Assembly (NCBI GenBank): GCA_001314545.1
Contig: LIHN01000019.1
Location: 192,150-256,149, forward strand
Reading direction: 5' to 3'
Source: Bacteroidetes bacterium HLUCCA01
Lineage (GTDB): Bacteria; Bacteroidota; Rhodothermia; Balneolales; HLUCCA01
Length of the DNA stretch: 64,000 nucleotides
Part shown: piece after piece, positions 1 to 9,113 of the stretch
How the letters are laid out: the number at the start of each line of letters is the position of its first letter
Position numbering within the stretch: position 1 is the stretch's first letter
Position numbers and translations under genes: made by a program
The notes under the pieces: model-generated
Seen by the model: only the letters and a program-made list of their open reading frames with translations
What the model was told of the DNA's origin: nothing
Databases searched by the model: none

Positions 1-822
1 ATTGAACACTACCGGGTATCTTATCAGAATTCACTCAGCGATCTTGTGCGCTTGCGCAACCGCAAACGCGGCACCGACTTCGCCCGTGAATTCACAGGTA
101 CAGCTATTTCCGATTTTGATTTCAACAACGGCATGACCCAGCTTGGAACCAGCAGATACCGTCTGGCCAGTCTCCCCTTCGCACGGGAGGAGATTCAGGA
201 GTCAGCCCGGATTTTATCAAGGTTTGGTCAGACAAAAACGCTGCTTAACGAGCAGGGAACGCCCGCACAAGTGCGCGCTGCGGCGCGTGACACCCGTATC
301 CTGCATATAGCCTCTCATAGTTTCGTTTATGACTCTGACCCGTTGTTTTCTGTGCTTCAGCTACACCCCGGACAGGATGGGCCTCAGTCTAATGGGCAGA
401 TTTATGCTTACGAATTGTTCACCGAGGAACTGACAAGTGAGCTGGTGGTACTCAGCTCATGTGAATCCGGTTCAGGATCTTATATCCAGGGCAGTGGCAT
501 TATCGGTATAGGCAGAGCGCTGAGTTACGCCGGTGCGCACGCACTGATTTTGAATCTGTGGTCGGTGCGCGACCTGGCTGCCTCCCAAATCATGACCGGC
601 TTCTACACCCATCTTGGCAGATACACCGACAAAGACCGGGCCATGCAGCAAGCAAAGATCCAGTTCATCAATTCGGTAAACAGTGACCCATCCGTATGGG
701 CTCCACTCATTGTATTCGGCGATCCGGGTTCAGTTTATGAACCGGTAAACTGGAAAGCTATACTTTTATTCAGTCTGCTTATCCTGTTGGGAGCAGGTGT
801 TTTTGCCTATTACCGCAGGTAG
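1..822 (+). CDS. CHAT-domain (caspase-like) protein, C-terminal fragment with C-terminal TM anchor; 5' end lies upstream of the window
   Basis: Frame 1 is open from nt 1 (IEHYRVSYQNSLSD...) into track ORF 46..822. His/Cys dyad contexts ILHIASHSF and VVLSSCESGSG are typical of CHAT domains. Hydrophobic tail AILLFSLLILLGAGVFAYYRR. Confidence 0.75.
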   Translation: MEHYRVSYQNSLSDLVRLRNRKRGTDFAREFTGTAISDFDFNNGMTQLGTSRYRLASLPFAREEIQESARILSRFGQTKTLLNEQGTPAQVRAAARDTRILHIASHSFVYDSDPLFSVLQLHPGQDGPQSNGQIYAYELFTEELTSELVVLSSCESGSGSYIQGSGIIGIGRALSYAGAHALILNLWSVRDLAASQIMTGFYTHLGRYTDKDRAMQQAKIQFINSVNSDPSVWAPLIVFGDPGSVYEPVNWKAILLFSLLILLGAGVFAYYRR

Positions 823-1568
823 TTCAGATACTGTCGTGCCGCCCTGCTATGGGCTCCGCCGTAGTCTGCTACCGTGCCCATCGTTTGTCTTGCCTGTTCA
901 ACCTTGCCCTGAGCCAGGTAGGACTGTGCCAGATACCAGGTAGACCGCTCAAGTAAGAGTATATCGGCCGTGTACGTCCGGACCAGCTCTTCAAAGCGTA
1001 ATTCAGCGGCCTGAAATGCTCCCCTGTTGTATTCAATAATACCAATATTCAACAGGGCCTGAGCTTTGTCATATTCCAGTCCGGTCGATTCGTACAAATC
1101 CTGCAGCTGATAAATTGCCGCGTCAGGAGATCCTTGCTGAGACAATACAATAGCCTCCTGAATTTGGTCGCGGGCAGCATCGCTGGATTCGAACCCGGCA
1201 TTTCCCCGAACCGTTGCATAATCCAGCACAGCGAGCGGTGCCAGTCCCGAAGTGGTTTCCAATGAGTACCAATAAATGGATCCTACTCCCACAACCAGGC
1301 TGATTCCTGCAGCCGCAGCAATGTTCCGGATACGCTGATAGCGTGCATCCCGCGTACGGTTGCGTTTTTCAGTTGATTCAGCAGCGGTATAAGGCGACTC
1401 CACACTGAAATAGCGATTGAGGGCAACGGCTGTTTTCAGGTAATTGTATTTCGCTTTGTCTTCAATAACTTCAACCCACAGATCATTTATCTGATCCTGT
1501 GCTAATTTGCGAATGACAAAGCGGTCAACTCTCTCCTCGAAAGTAAGGCCTTGTTCGTTTCTTTCCAC
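810..1568 (-). CDS. Membrane-anchored TPR-like protein (hypothetical; anti-sigma/YfgM-like topology)
   Basis: 252-aa ORF with GTG start. About 90 cytoplasmic residues, one TM (IAAAAGISLVVGVGSIYWY), then helical-repeat/TPR-like C-terminus (ALLNIGIIEYNRGAFQAAELRFEELV...WYLAQSYLAQGKVEQA). Its 3' end overlaps the CHAT gene convergently by 13 nt. Confidence 0.6.
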   Translation of the reverse strand: MERNEQGLTFEERVDRFVIRKLAQDQINDLWVEVIEDKAKYNYLKTAVALNRYFSVESPYTAAESTEKRNRTRDARYQRIRNIAAAAGISLVVGVGSIYWYSLETTSGLAPLAVLDYATVRGNAGFESSDAARDQIQEAIVLSQQGSPDAAIYQLQDLYESTGLEYDKAQALLNIGIIEYNRGAFQAAELRFEELVRTYTADILLLERSTWYLAQSYLAQGKVEQARQTMGTVADYGGAHSRAARQYLNYLR

Positions 1569-1618
1569 GATAGTAGTACGTTTAGTAAATTATTCAGGGA
1601 ACCTGCTGTTCCCGGAAG

Positions 1619-1999
1619 TCAGATGGCGGTGCTTCTTCTCTCCAGTACGAAATTAATCGTATTGATGAGGTCATCCTTGCGAAAGGGTTTGGGCAGAAAG
1701 GCATCCATTCCGGCCTGAAGACAGTGGTCTCGGGTCTGTGAAGACAGGTTTGCCGTTACTGCAATGATGGGTACCTCTTTGTAGGTGTCCATCTGGCGAA
1801 TCTGGCGAGCCGTTTCAATACCGTCAATCCCTTCACCAAGGTTGATATCCATGATGATTACATCATAGTTCTCTTGCCTGACCAAATCAAGGGCACTGTT
1901 TCCGTCTTCAGCGAAATTGATATCGTATTGCTTTCGAAGGAAATAATTTACTATAGAACGTATCTCCGCATTGTCTTCAACATGCAGCGTCTTGGGCAT
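1619..1999 (-). CDS. Single-domain response regulator (CheY-like receiver)
   Basis: Receiver motifs: HVEDN acidic pocket, phospho-Asp context VIIMDINL, AVTA, conserved Lys in LPKPF. I prefer ATG at 1999 (MPKTLHVEDN, 126 aa). The track ORF extends to 2194 with a 65-aa low-complexity N-extension of doubtful reality. Confidence 0.8.
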   Translation of the reverse strand: MPKTLHVEDNAEIRSIVNYFLRKQYDINFAEDGNSALDLVRQENYDVIIMDINLGEGIDGIETARQIRQMDTYKEVPIIAVTANLSSQTRDHCLQAGMDAFLPKPFRKDDLINTINFVLERRSTAI

Positions 2000-2496
2000 G
2001 TATACTTCTGAATTCACAGACACGGGCGATTCACTCTGGGTACTGGAGAGACTGGTGTGTTCTCCTGGTGTCCAGGTATATCCACCGGGCGACTTGCGTC
2101 CTTTGCCTTTGGTGTCAAAAATTACAGGTTGTATCAGCATGGTAACGAGTTGTTGAAAAATACGCTGTGTATGGTATCGGATGTGTTGTTCCATTTGTAA
2201 GGTCAGGCCGTTGATCAGGTCTGTATACTATAAAGAGTGTTTAGCACCCAATTTGTTACAAACTTTTTTTTCGGGCCGGCATCCGACGCATCATACTTGC
2301 TTAAAATAACCAGCACACAACAGGAATGTTACTGATACCACAAACCTAAAAATACTCTAATATTGGCTCCAGCGTAGAATAAAGGCCGTTTTTAACGCCA
2401 TCCTCAACAACATTAAAGGATTCTATACTTCCTGCGATATAAATAATCGTCACGTCAATCCGATGAAAAAAAAATTCTGGAAAAATGCGGTTTTTT

Positions 2497-4182
2497 TTAA
2501 TCGATCAAATCGATGAATTTCCGCTCCGACTCGTAATCACCGATCAACGTGATTTCTGTACCGTTCCGAAGTACCGTTTCGGGGTGGGGATTAATCTGCA
2601 TATCGTCTTTATCCTGAATGGCGATAATACTACATCCGGTCAATTTTCGAATACCACATGCTGCGATGGTTTTGCCTTGAAATTGTTTGGGAGTTTGCAT
2701 GCGAAACACATTCAGTCCCTCGGCAATCATGAGCACCTCATCACGCTCAAGAACGTTGAAAATGGCATTGGCTCCCATGGATGCGTACGACATCACAAAA
2801 TCGGCTCCGGCACGATGTAAGGTGTTCACATTTCGATCGAGGGTAGAACGCGAAATAATTTGAATATCCGGTCGGAGTCGGCGGCAATACAGCGTCAGGT
2901 ATATATTTACATCATCACTGTGGGTTGTGATAATGACCGTATGGGCCTTGTCGATGCCGGCACGGGTCAGGACCTCACGGTCTGCTGCATCACCGATGAT
3001 TGTATGCGAGCATTTGGCGGCCATAACCGGATCTTTTTCAACTACCACAAATTCCATCTGCCGGTCATTGAGCGACTTGGCCGTAGCGCGTCCCACTTTA
3101 CCGGCACCAATTATGACTACGGGTCCGTCTTTGACGTTGAAAATCCCGAAGTAATCATCGTAGTTACGGAGCTGTTCTACAGATCCTCCGAGAACCAGCA
3201 CAGACAAGTCCGTTATCAGGGTATCCGGTTGGGCAATACGGAACACACCCCGCTCCCAGATTCCGACTACATTCACACCAATTACTTCTCTTAAGCGTGT
3301 TTCAGCGAGGGTCTTACCCACCAACGGGGTCCCTGTTGCCGGTGCTTCCCCGATAATCAACTGGTCGAACCGGCCAATCACGTGCACTCGGGCATTTCCT
3401 CCCAGAGTCCTGCGGGCCAGTGAGTGCCCCATAAGAGCGCCAAGCTGTACTACATGATCACTTCCTGCCAACTTGAGAATGTCAACCGAATCAACACTGT
3501 GAGCAAGACTGACGATGGGAATATCCGGACAGATCTCACGTGCCGTGAACACGACGTTGGTGTTGATCATATCATTGCCGGTGGCAACCAGCATGGCTGC
3601 TTTGGAGACCCTGGCTTTGTTGTAGGTATTGGGATCATCCAGCTCCCCGAGCATTACCTTCACCCCCTGATCATTCAGGTTTAAAGCCTGCTGAAGATCA
3701 CTGACAAGTACAAAGTATTTATAACCGTAATCCTCAAGTTTTGTGATAAGGGTTCGGGTAATTGGATCATGATTAGTGATAAGAACATGCCCTTCCAGGT
3801 TTTCATCCAGCTCCAGTGGAGCTTTACTCCTGTTCTGCGCCTCGAGCCAGGGTGCATAAAAAAACTGAATGAAGGTAAAGGGCAGCAGTACCAGCAGGAA
3901 TACAATACCAGACAGCAGCACCACCATGGAAAAAAGTCTGCCCAGATCTGACGCGAAGGTTATATCGCCGAAGCCAAGCGTTGACATCACGGTCAGGGTC
4001 CAGTAGAATCCGGTAAGCCATGAAAACTTCTGCCCTTCATGCTCCATGAGGATATGAAACAAGACCGAATAGACTACAATAAGCAGGAAAAGGATGGCAA
4101 CGAACTTTAAGAGCCGACCAATATTGGTTTTAGCCTTTCGATTCTGCAGAAAATAGGCAACTTGTGCGGAGACAAACTTCAT
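2497..4182 (-). CDS. Potassium channel (2-TM pore) with two tandem RCK (TrkA-N/TrkA-C) domains
   Basis: K+ selectivity filter signature MSTLGFGD between two TM helices. Two Rossmann-type RCK starts (HVLITNHD..., PVVIIGAGKVGRA), each followed by a TrkA-C-like segment. 561 aa. Confidence 0.85.
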   Translation of the reverse strand: MKFVSAQVAYFLQNRKAKTNIGRLLKFVAILFLLIVVYSVLFHILMEHEGQKFSWLTGFYWTLTVMSTLGFGDITFASDLGRLFSMVVLLSGIVFLLVLLPFTFIQFFYAPWLEAQNRSKAPLELDENLEGHVLITNHDPITRTLITKLEDYGYKYFVLVSDLQQALNLNDQGVKVMLGELDDPNTYNKARVSKAAMLVATGNDMINTNVVFTAREICPDIPIVSLAHSVDSVDILKLAGSDHVVQLGALMGHSLARRTLGGNARVHVIGRFDQLIIGEAPATGTPLVGKTLAETRLREVIGVNVVGIWERGVFRIAQPDTLITDLSVLVLGGSVEQLRNYDDYFGIFNVKDGPVVIIGAGKVGRATAKSLNDRQMEFVVVEKDPVMAAKCSHTIIGDAADREVLTRAGIDKAHTVIITTHSDDVNIYLTLYCRRLRPDIQIISRSTLDRNVNTLHRAGADFVMSYASMGANAIFNVLERDEVLMIAEGLNVFRMQTPKQFQGKTIAACGIRKLTGCSIIAIQDKDDMQINPHPETVLRNGTEITLIGDYESERKFIDLID

Positions 4183-4259
4183 GAGTATAAATAAACCGGC
4201 TTGACTTGGTGGGATATCCTCGCCAAATTTACTTTTTTAATATCACACTACACAGCATT

Positions 4260-5609
4260 TTGAAAATTGTAATCATTGGCTCCGGCGATGTTGGAATTGA
4301 TTTGTCGCTCATGCTCTCCGGAGAGCGTCAGGATGTGACCATTATTGATCAGAGCCGCGAAGCGCTCAAGCGCTGTGCTGAGTCCAGCGATATCCTCGTC
4401 ATTGAGGGCAACGGCACCTCCCCTGATATTCTTGTTAAAGCCGGAGTCCCCACCTGCGATCTGGTCATTGCCGCCACCAACAGCGATGAGGTTAACATCG
4501 TAGCGTCCATGATGAGTAAACGACTGGGCGCAAAAAAGGTAATAGCACGCGTTCGTAATGAGGAATTACTGGGCGAGGCGGCACCGGTAAAGCCAGCCGA
4601 TCTTGGTATCGATGTTATTATCAATCCGGAATTTAGTCTGGCTGGTGAAATTACACTGCTGGTCAAAAGAGCAGCGGCCTCAGACCTGATTGAAATTGCC
4701 GGGGGCAGAATGCAGGTAATCGGGATACGGCTGCCTGCCGGGTCTCCGCTGATCGGGTTGAGTATGGAAGAGTATGCCGGGAACAATGCAAATATTGATT
4801 TCAGGGTGGTAGCTATTTACCGGGGCGGAATCACCATCATCCCCCGTGGAAATCACCTTTTCAGGGCAAATGACCAAATTTTCGTCATCTCGCTTTCCGA
4901 ACACATCAAACAGATAATCCGGTCAACCGGCGTCGGAGAGCAATCCGTTCAGAATATCATGATTGTCGGGGGAACCCGGGTAGGACAGCGTGTTGCCCAA
5001 TTGCTTTGCCAACAGGACCGGGGCTGGAAAATTAAACTCATAGAGCCCAGTTATGAGGCTTCCTACCAGATAGCCAGCGAAAACCGGAATATTCTTGTCT
5101 TGCAGGGTGACCCAACCGATCCCGGATTGCTGGCCAGCGAGGGAATTACGGACACCGATGTGTTTATCGCCGTTACTGATGACGAGGAATCCAATATCAT
5201 TTCCTGTCTGATGGCCAAACACCTGAAAGTTCCCAAGGTAATTGCGATGGTATCCAAGCCTGACTACATCCCCTTGAGCCAGACCATAGGACTTGACGCT
5301 TCGGTGAACAAAAAAACTTCCATTGCCAATGAAATTCACCGCTATGTACTTGGCAGTAACCTTATGCAGGTTGCCGGTCTGCACGGTATTGACGCTGAAA
5401 TTCTGCAGTTGAAAATATCCGCAAACTCCAATGTTGCCGGAAAACAAATTAAACACCTACGTTTGCCTGAAGGATGTATGATTGGTGGAATTGTTCATGA
5501 TCAGAGCGTTTCCGTAGCCACTGGCGACGACACACTGAACCCCGGTGATTCCGTGTTTGTGTTTTGTCGCCACGCCGTTATCAATGCCGTTGCTGATTAT
5601 CTGCGATGA
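4260..5609 (+). CDS. trkA: Trk system potassium uptake protein TrkA (tandem RCK NAD-binding protein)
   Basis: Two Rossmann N-termini (KIVIIGSGDVG and IMIVGGTRVG) with TrkA-C segments. Preferred TTG start at 4260 gives 449 aa with the GxGxxG at the N-terminus (track start 4206 is also TTG). ATGA overlap with the downstream trkH. Confidence 0.9.
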   Translation: MKIVIIGSGDVGIDLSLMLSGERQDVTIIDQSREALKRCAESSDILVIEGNGTSPDILVKAGVPTCDLVIAATNSDEVNIVASMMSKRLGAKKVIARVRNEELLGEAAPVKPADLGIDVIINPEFSLAGEITLLVKRAAASDLIEIAGGRMQVIGIRLPAGSPLIGLSMEEYAGNNANIDFRVVAIYRGGITIIPRGNHLFRANDQIFVISLSEHIKQIIRSTGVGEQSVQNIMIVGGTRVGQRVAQLLCQQDRGWKIKLIEPSYEASYQIASENRNILVLQGDPTDPGLLASEGITDTDVFIAVTDDEESNIISCLMAKHLKVPKVIAMVSKPDYIPLSQTIGLDASVNKKTSIANEIHRYVLGSNLMQVAGLHGIDAEILQLKISANSNVAGKQIKHLRLPEGCMIGGIVHDQSVSVATGDDTLNPGDSVFVFCRHAVINAVADYLR

Positions 5610-7126
5610 GCCATCTGTTTAACACAGCCCGATCGGTGTCACGACCTAAAATAGATTTCAGGCTGATCACCGGTGTTCTGGGACTCTTCACATTCTTTAT
5701 GGGCTTTGCCCTGCTTACACCGATCCCCATTGCGCTGATTTACGGCGAAAGCATCTGGTGGACGTACCTGGCAGGTGCAGCGGCGGCATTTGTTGTGGGC
5801 GGCAGCGCCTGGATACTATTTAAACCCACCGAAGATATCCGTCCCCGCGAAGCCTTTTTCATCGTGTCCGTAACCTGGATTGTTTTATCCGTATTCGGCG
5901 CCATACCCTTTTGGCTCAGCGGGAGTCTGGAGAGTATAGCAGACGCCTTTTTCGAAACAATAAGCGGCCTCACCACCACCGGTGCTACGGTTTTCGGGGG
6001 CGTATCGCACAACGGTCAGATGAATGTTTACATTGAAGATCTTGACCTGAGTCTGGTTTTCTGGCGTTCCATGCTGCACTGGATCGGGGGTATGGGTTTC
6101 ATTGTACTTTCCCTGGCCATCCTCCCCTTCGTAGGGTTGGGTACAGGCAATCTGTTTCAGGCTGAAAGCAGCGTACAGGAAACCGATAAGCTGACTCCAC
6201 GGGTACAGCAAACGGCAACCTATCTGTGGACCGTCTACATCGCTTTTACATTGCTGCATTTTATCCTGCTCTGGGTACACCCCTCCATGAACTGGTTCGA
6301 TGCGATTAATCATGCGATGTCTACGCTGGCAACCGGAGGATTTTCTACGAAAGACAGCAGCGTCGGGTATTTCGACTCAGCCTATGTTGACTACGTAATT
6401 ATTGTTTTCATGTATCTGGCCGGCATCAGCTTTGCGATGCATTTCAGGTTACTTCAGGGTAAGACCAAACAATTTTTCAACAACAGGGAAACCCAGTTTT
6501 TCACCATAATCTCCCTGCTGGCCATCCTGGCTATATCTCTGGGACTGTGGCTTCAGCATGACTACACTCCGTCCGACGCCCTGCGTTACGGAGCATTTCA
6601 GGCGATGTCTATTCTGACTACTACCGGTTACGGAACCGACAACTACGAGACCTGGTCTGCCTTTCCCCTCGTCATTTTAATTACCTTGTACTTCGCAGGC
6701 GGATGTGCCGGATCCACGAGCGGTGGAATCAAAATGTTCCGTCATCTGATTATGTTAAAGGCGATAAGCAGAGAAGTACGACAGACGGTGCACCCCAGAG
6801 CTGTAATTCCGCTGCGCATCGGTGAGCGAATCATAGAACCCCCGATTGTCAGAAAGATTCTGAGTTTTTTCATGCTCTACCTGCTGCTGTTTATTACCGG
6901 TGGCATTGCACTATCCGCCATGGGCGTTGATTACATATCAGCCTTCAGTGCCAGCATTGCCAGCCTCGGCAGCATTGGTCCTGCGCTGGGCGATTTTGGT
7001 CCAACCGATAATTTTGCCAGTCTTCCGGCAGCCGGCAAATGGCTTATGAGCCTTTTTATGCTGGTTGGTCGACTTGAACTGTTCACAATCATCGTCCTGT
7101 TTTCATTGCCTTTCTGGAGAGAATAA
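5606..7126 (+). CDS. trkH: Trk system potassium uptake protein TrkH
   Basis: 506-aa polytopic membrane protein with the four TrkH/KtrB pore-loop glycine motifs (LTTTGATV, LATGGFST, LTTTGYGT, GSTSGGIK). Translationally coupled to trkA. Confidence 0.92.
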   Translation: MSHLFNTARSVSRPKIDFRLITGVLGLFTFFMGFALLTPIPIALIYGESIWWTYLAGAAAAFVVGGSAWILFKPTEDIRPREAFFIVSVTWIVLSVFGAIPFWLSGSLESIADAFFETISGLTTTGATVFGGVSHNGQMNVYIEDLDLSLVFWRSMLHWIGGMGFIVLSLAILPFVGLGTGNLFQAESSVQETDKLTPRVQQTATYLWTVYIAFTLLHFILLWVHPSMNWFDAINHAMSTLATGGFSTKDSSVGYFDSAYVDYVIIVFMYLAGISFAMHFRLLQGKTKQFFNNRETQFFTIISLLAILAISLGLWLQHDYTPSDALRYGAFQAMSILTTTGYGTDNYETWSAFPLVILITLYFAGGCAGSTSGGIKMFRHLIMLKAISREVRQTVHPRAVIPLRIGERIIEPPIVRKILSFFMLYLLLFITGGIALSAMGVDYISAFSASIASLGSIGPALGDFGPTDNFASLPAAGKWLMSLFMLVGRLELFTIIVLFSLPFWRE

Positions 7127-7214
7127 CCCTTAGTAGTTGATTTTACAGCGATTTTACCCTGTAATCATTATCTTGTTGTATTAACTAGTATTGATCAACT
7201 AAACGGAAAGTATT

Positions 7215-7643
7215 TTGTCTACTGTAAAATCAACGGACACTGTGCGTGTTCACTATACCGGTACAACTGATGACGGCGTAACTTTTGACAGCTCAAGAGA
7301 GCGTGAACCCCTTGAATTCACGATGGGACAAGGACAACTGATTCCAGGCTTCGAAAAAGCTGTGGAAGGCATGACCGTGGGAGATTCCACAACGGTTCGC
7401 ATACCTGCCGAGGAAGCCTATGGCGAAGTTCGTGATGAGATGGTAGTTGATGTTGAGCGAGGTAAATTCCCGGAGGATATCACCCCTGAGGTAGGGCTTC
7501 AGCTTCAAATTCAACAGCCCAACGGGCAGCCAATGCCCGTTGTGGTCAAGGCAGTCAACGATACCCATGTCACCCTTGATGCCAATCACCCGCTGGCCGG
7601 GCAGGCACTCAACTTTGACATTGAGCTTGTTGAAATCAAATAA
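7215..7643 (+). CDS. FKBP-type peptidyl-prolyl cis-trans isomerase (SlyD-like, short form)
   Basis: VRVHYTGTTDDGVTFDSS...LEFTMGQGQLIPGFEKAVEGMTVGD...IPAEEAYG is the FKBP core. The insert-in-flap segment and LNFDIELVEI end are SlyD-like. TTG start. Confidence 0.85.
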   Translation: MSTVKSTDTVRVHYTGTTDDGVTFDSSREREPLEFTMGQGQLIPGFEKAVEGMTVGDSTTVRIPAEEAYGEVRDEMVVDVERGKFPEDITPEVGLQLQIQQPNGQPMPVVVKAVNDTHVTLDANHPLAGQALNFDIELVEIK

Positions 7644-7659
7644 GTCTCATGCATATATA

Positions 7660-7698
7660 AAAAAAAGCGTGACTGCCCGGGGCAATCACGCTTTTTTT
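7660..7698. terminator. Bidirectional rho-independent terminator between the FKBP gene (+) and pgk (-)
   Basis: aaaaaaGCGTGACTGCCCcgGGGCAATCACGCttttttt: a roughly 11-bp GC-rich stem flanked by an A-run and a T-run. Confidence 0.75.
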
Positions 7699-7714
7699 AT
7701 GTCATACAGATACC

Positions 7715-8908
7715 TTACTTATCAGTAAGCGCTGTAATACCCGGAAGCTCTTTACCTTCCAGATATTCCAGGCTGGCTCCTCCGCCCGTGGAAACGTGGG
7801 TAACTTTATCGTCAAGCCCCGCTTTTTTAATAGCTGCGGCAGAGTCACCACCGCCAATGATGGAAATAGTCCCTTTTGCGGTAGCTTCCGCCAGAGACCT
7901 GGCTACAGCGAAGGTCCCGTTGCTGAAATTGCTCATTTCAAAAACACCCATCGGACCGTTCCAAATTACAGTACCGGCCTGACGGATAACATCGGAAAAC
8001 AGACTCACAGATTTCGGACCGATATCCAGGGCCATCCATCCGTCTTCAATTCCGTCCTCTTCTACCGTCTTGATCGGCGTGTCGTTGCTGAATTCCTGTG
8101 AAACTACGGAGTCTACCGGAAGCAACAGCTTCACACCCTTGGCCTCGGCCTTCCTCATCAGCTCACCGGCCAGTTCCACGCGGTCTTCTTCCAGCTTGGA
8201 GTTTCCGATAGGCAGCCCCTTGGCTTTGTAAAAGGTGTAGGTCATGCCTCCCCCCACAATAATGGTATCGACCTTGGAAATCAGGTTCTCGATTACCGGA
8301 ATTTTATCGGAGACTTTGGCCCCTCCCAATACGGCAACGAAGGGTCGTTTCGGAGCATTGACGCTGTCGCTGAGGTATCGGATTTCCTTTTCCAGAAGGT
8401 ATCCTGCGGCGGCGGGCTGCAAAAACCCGGTAATACCGGCCACCGAAGAGTGCGCACGGTGGGAGCTGCCGAACGCGTCATTGACAAAGACGTCACCGTG
8501 TGCTGCAAGGGCTTTTGAAAATTCAATATCATTTTTGGTTTCCCCCTTGTGAAAACGGACGTTTTCAAGCAAGACAATCTCGCCGAAACCGGCTTCATTA
8601 ATCACACGGGTTGCCTCCTCACCAATGCAGTCGCCGGCGAAGTGGACTTTCGCAGCCACTTTACCTGCCAGATAATCGGCTACCAGTTTAAGGCTGAATT
8701 CTTTGTCGTCCGGGCTTTTCGGCCGACCAAAATGGGAGAGCAGAATAACTTTCCCGCCCCGCTCGGTCACATAATTAATACTCTTCAGCGCCGCCGTAAT
8801 TCGGTTATCATCGGTGATGACACCATCGGCAACGGGCACGTTAAAATCAACGCGCATTACCACATTTTTACCCTTTACATCCAGATCTTCAATAGTCAGT
8901 TTTGCCAT
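7715..8908 (-). CDS. pgk: Phosphoglycerate kinase
   Basis: 397 aa. Begins [25 protein letters not shown]...DDNRI, contains SHFGRPK, and ends ...[18 protein letters not shown]. Confidence 0.97.
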   Translation of the reverse strand: MAKLTIEDLDVKGKNVVMRVDFNVPVADGVITDDNRITAALKSINYVTERGGKVILLSHFGRPKSPDDKEFSLKLVADYLAGKVAAKVHFAGDCIGEEATRVINEAGFGEIVLLENVRFHKGETKNDIEFSKALAAHGDVFVNDAFGSSHRAHSSVAGITGFLQPAAAGYLLEKEIRYLSDSVNAPKRPFVAVLGGAKVSDKIPVIENLISKVDTIIVGGGMTYTFYKAKGLPIGNSKLEEDRVELAGELMRKAEAKGVKLLLPVDSVVSQEFSNDTPIKTVEEDGIEDGWMALDIGPKSVSLFSDVIRQAGTVIWNGPMGVFEMSNFSNGTFAVARSLAEATAKGTISIIGGGDSAAAIKKAGLDDKVTHVSTGGGASLEYLEGKELPGITALTDK

Positions 8909-9113
8909 AATTCTACTTGATTTAAGAAATAATTACTGTATTCACAGGCTTTTGGTAAGATACCGAAAAACCAGCACTTCAGACAGTAAAACCGGCAGAA
9001 TTACACCACACCTGTACGACATCGGTGCACATCGGGCTGGCACGGACAGCCCGATTGACCCGTATTTTATGTGTATATTTCATACCGGCAAATTTTTTCC
9101 TCAAACCAAGGCG

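Noticed and set aside
1185-1196. GGATTCGAACCC, reminiscent of a minus-strand tRNA T-arm
   Set aside because: The flanks do not form a T-stem or acceptor stem, and the site lies inside a coding ORF. I found no tRNA anywhere in the window by eye.
8814-9113. N-terminal 100-aa extension of the cysteine desulfurase track ORF
   Set aside because: It overlaps pgk antisense and the intergenic region. The conserved protein begins at MQNKIYTDNAATT (ATG 9114). The same reasoning trims the track ORFs for hisF (21900 to 21933), gltB (23055 to 23085), namZ (60646 to 60874), the 1544-aa ORF (42103 to 42058), and the OmpR-type regulator and histidine kinase starts.
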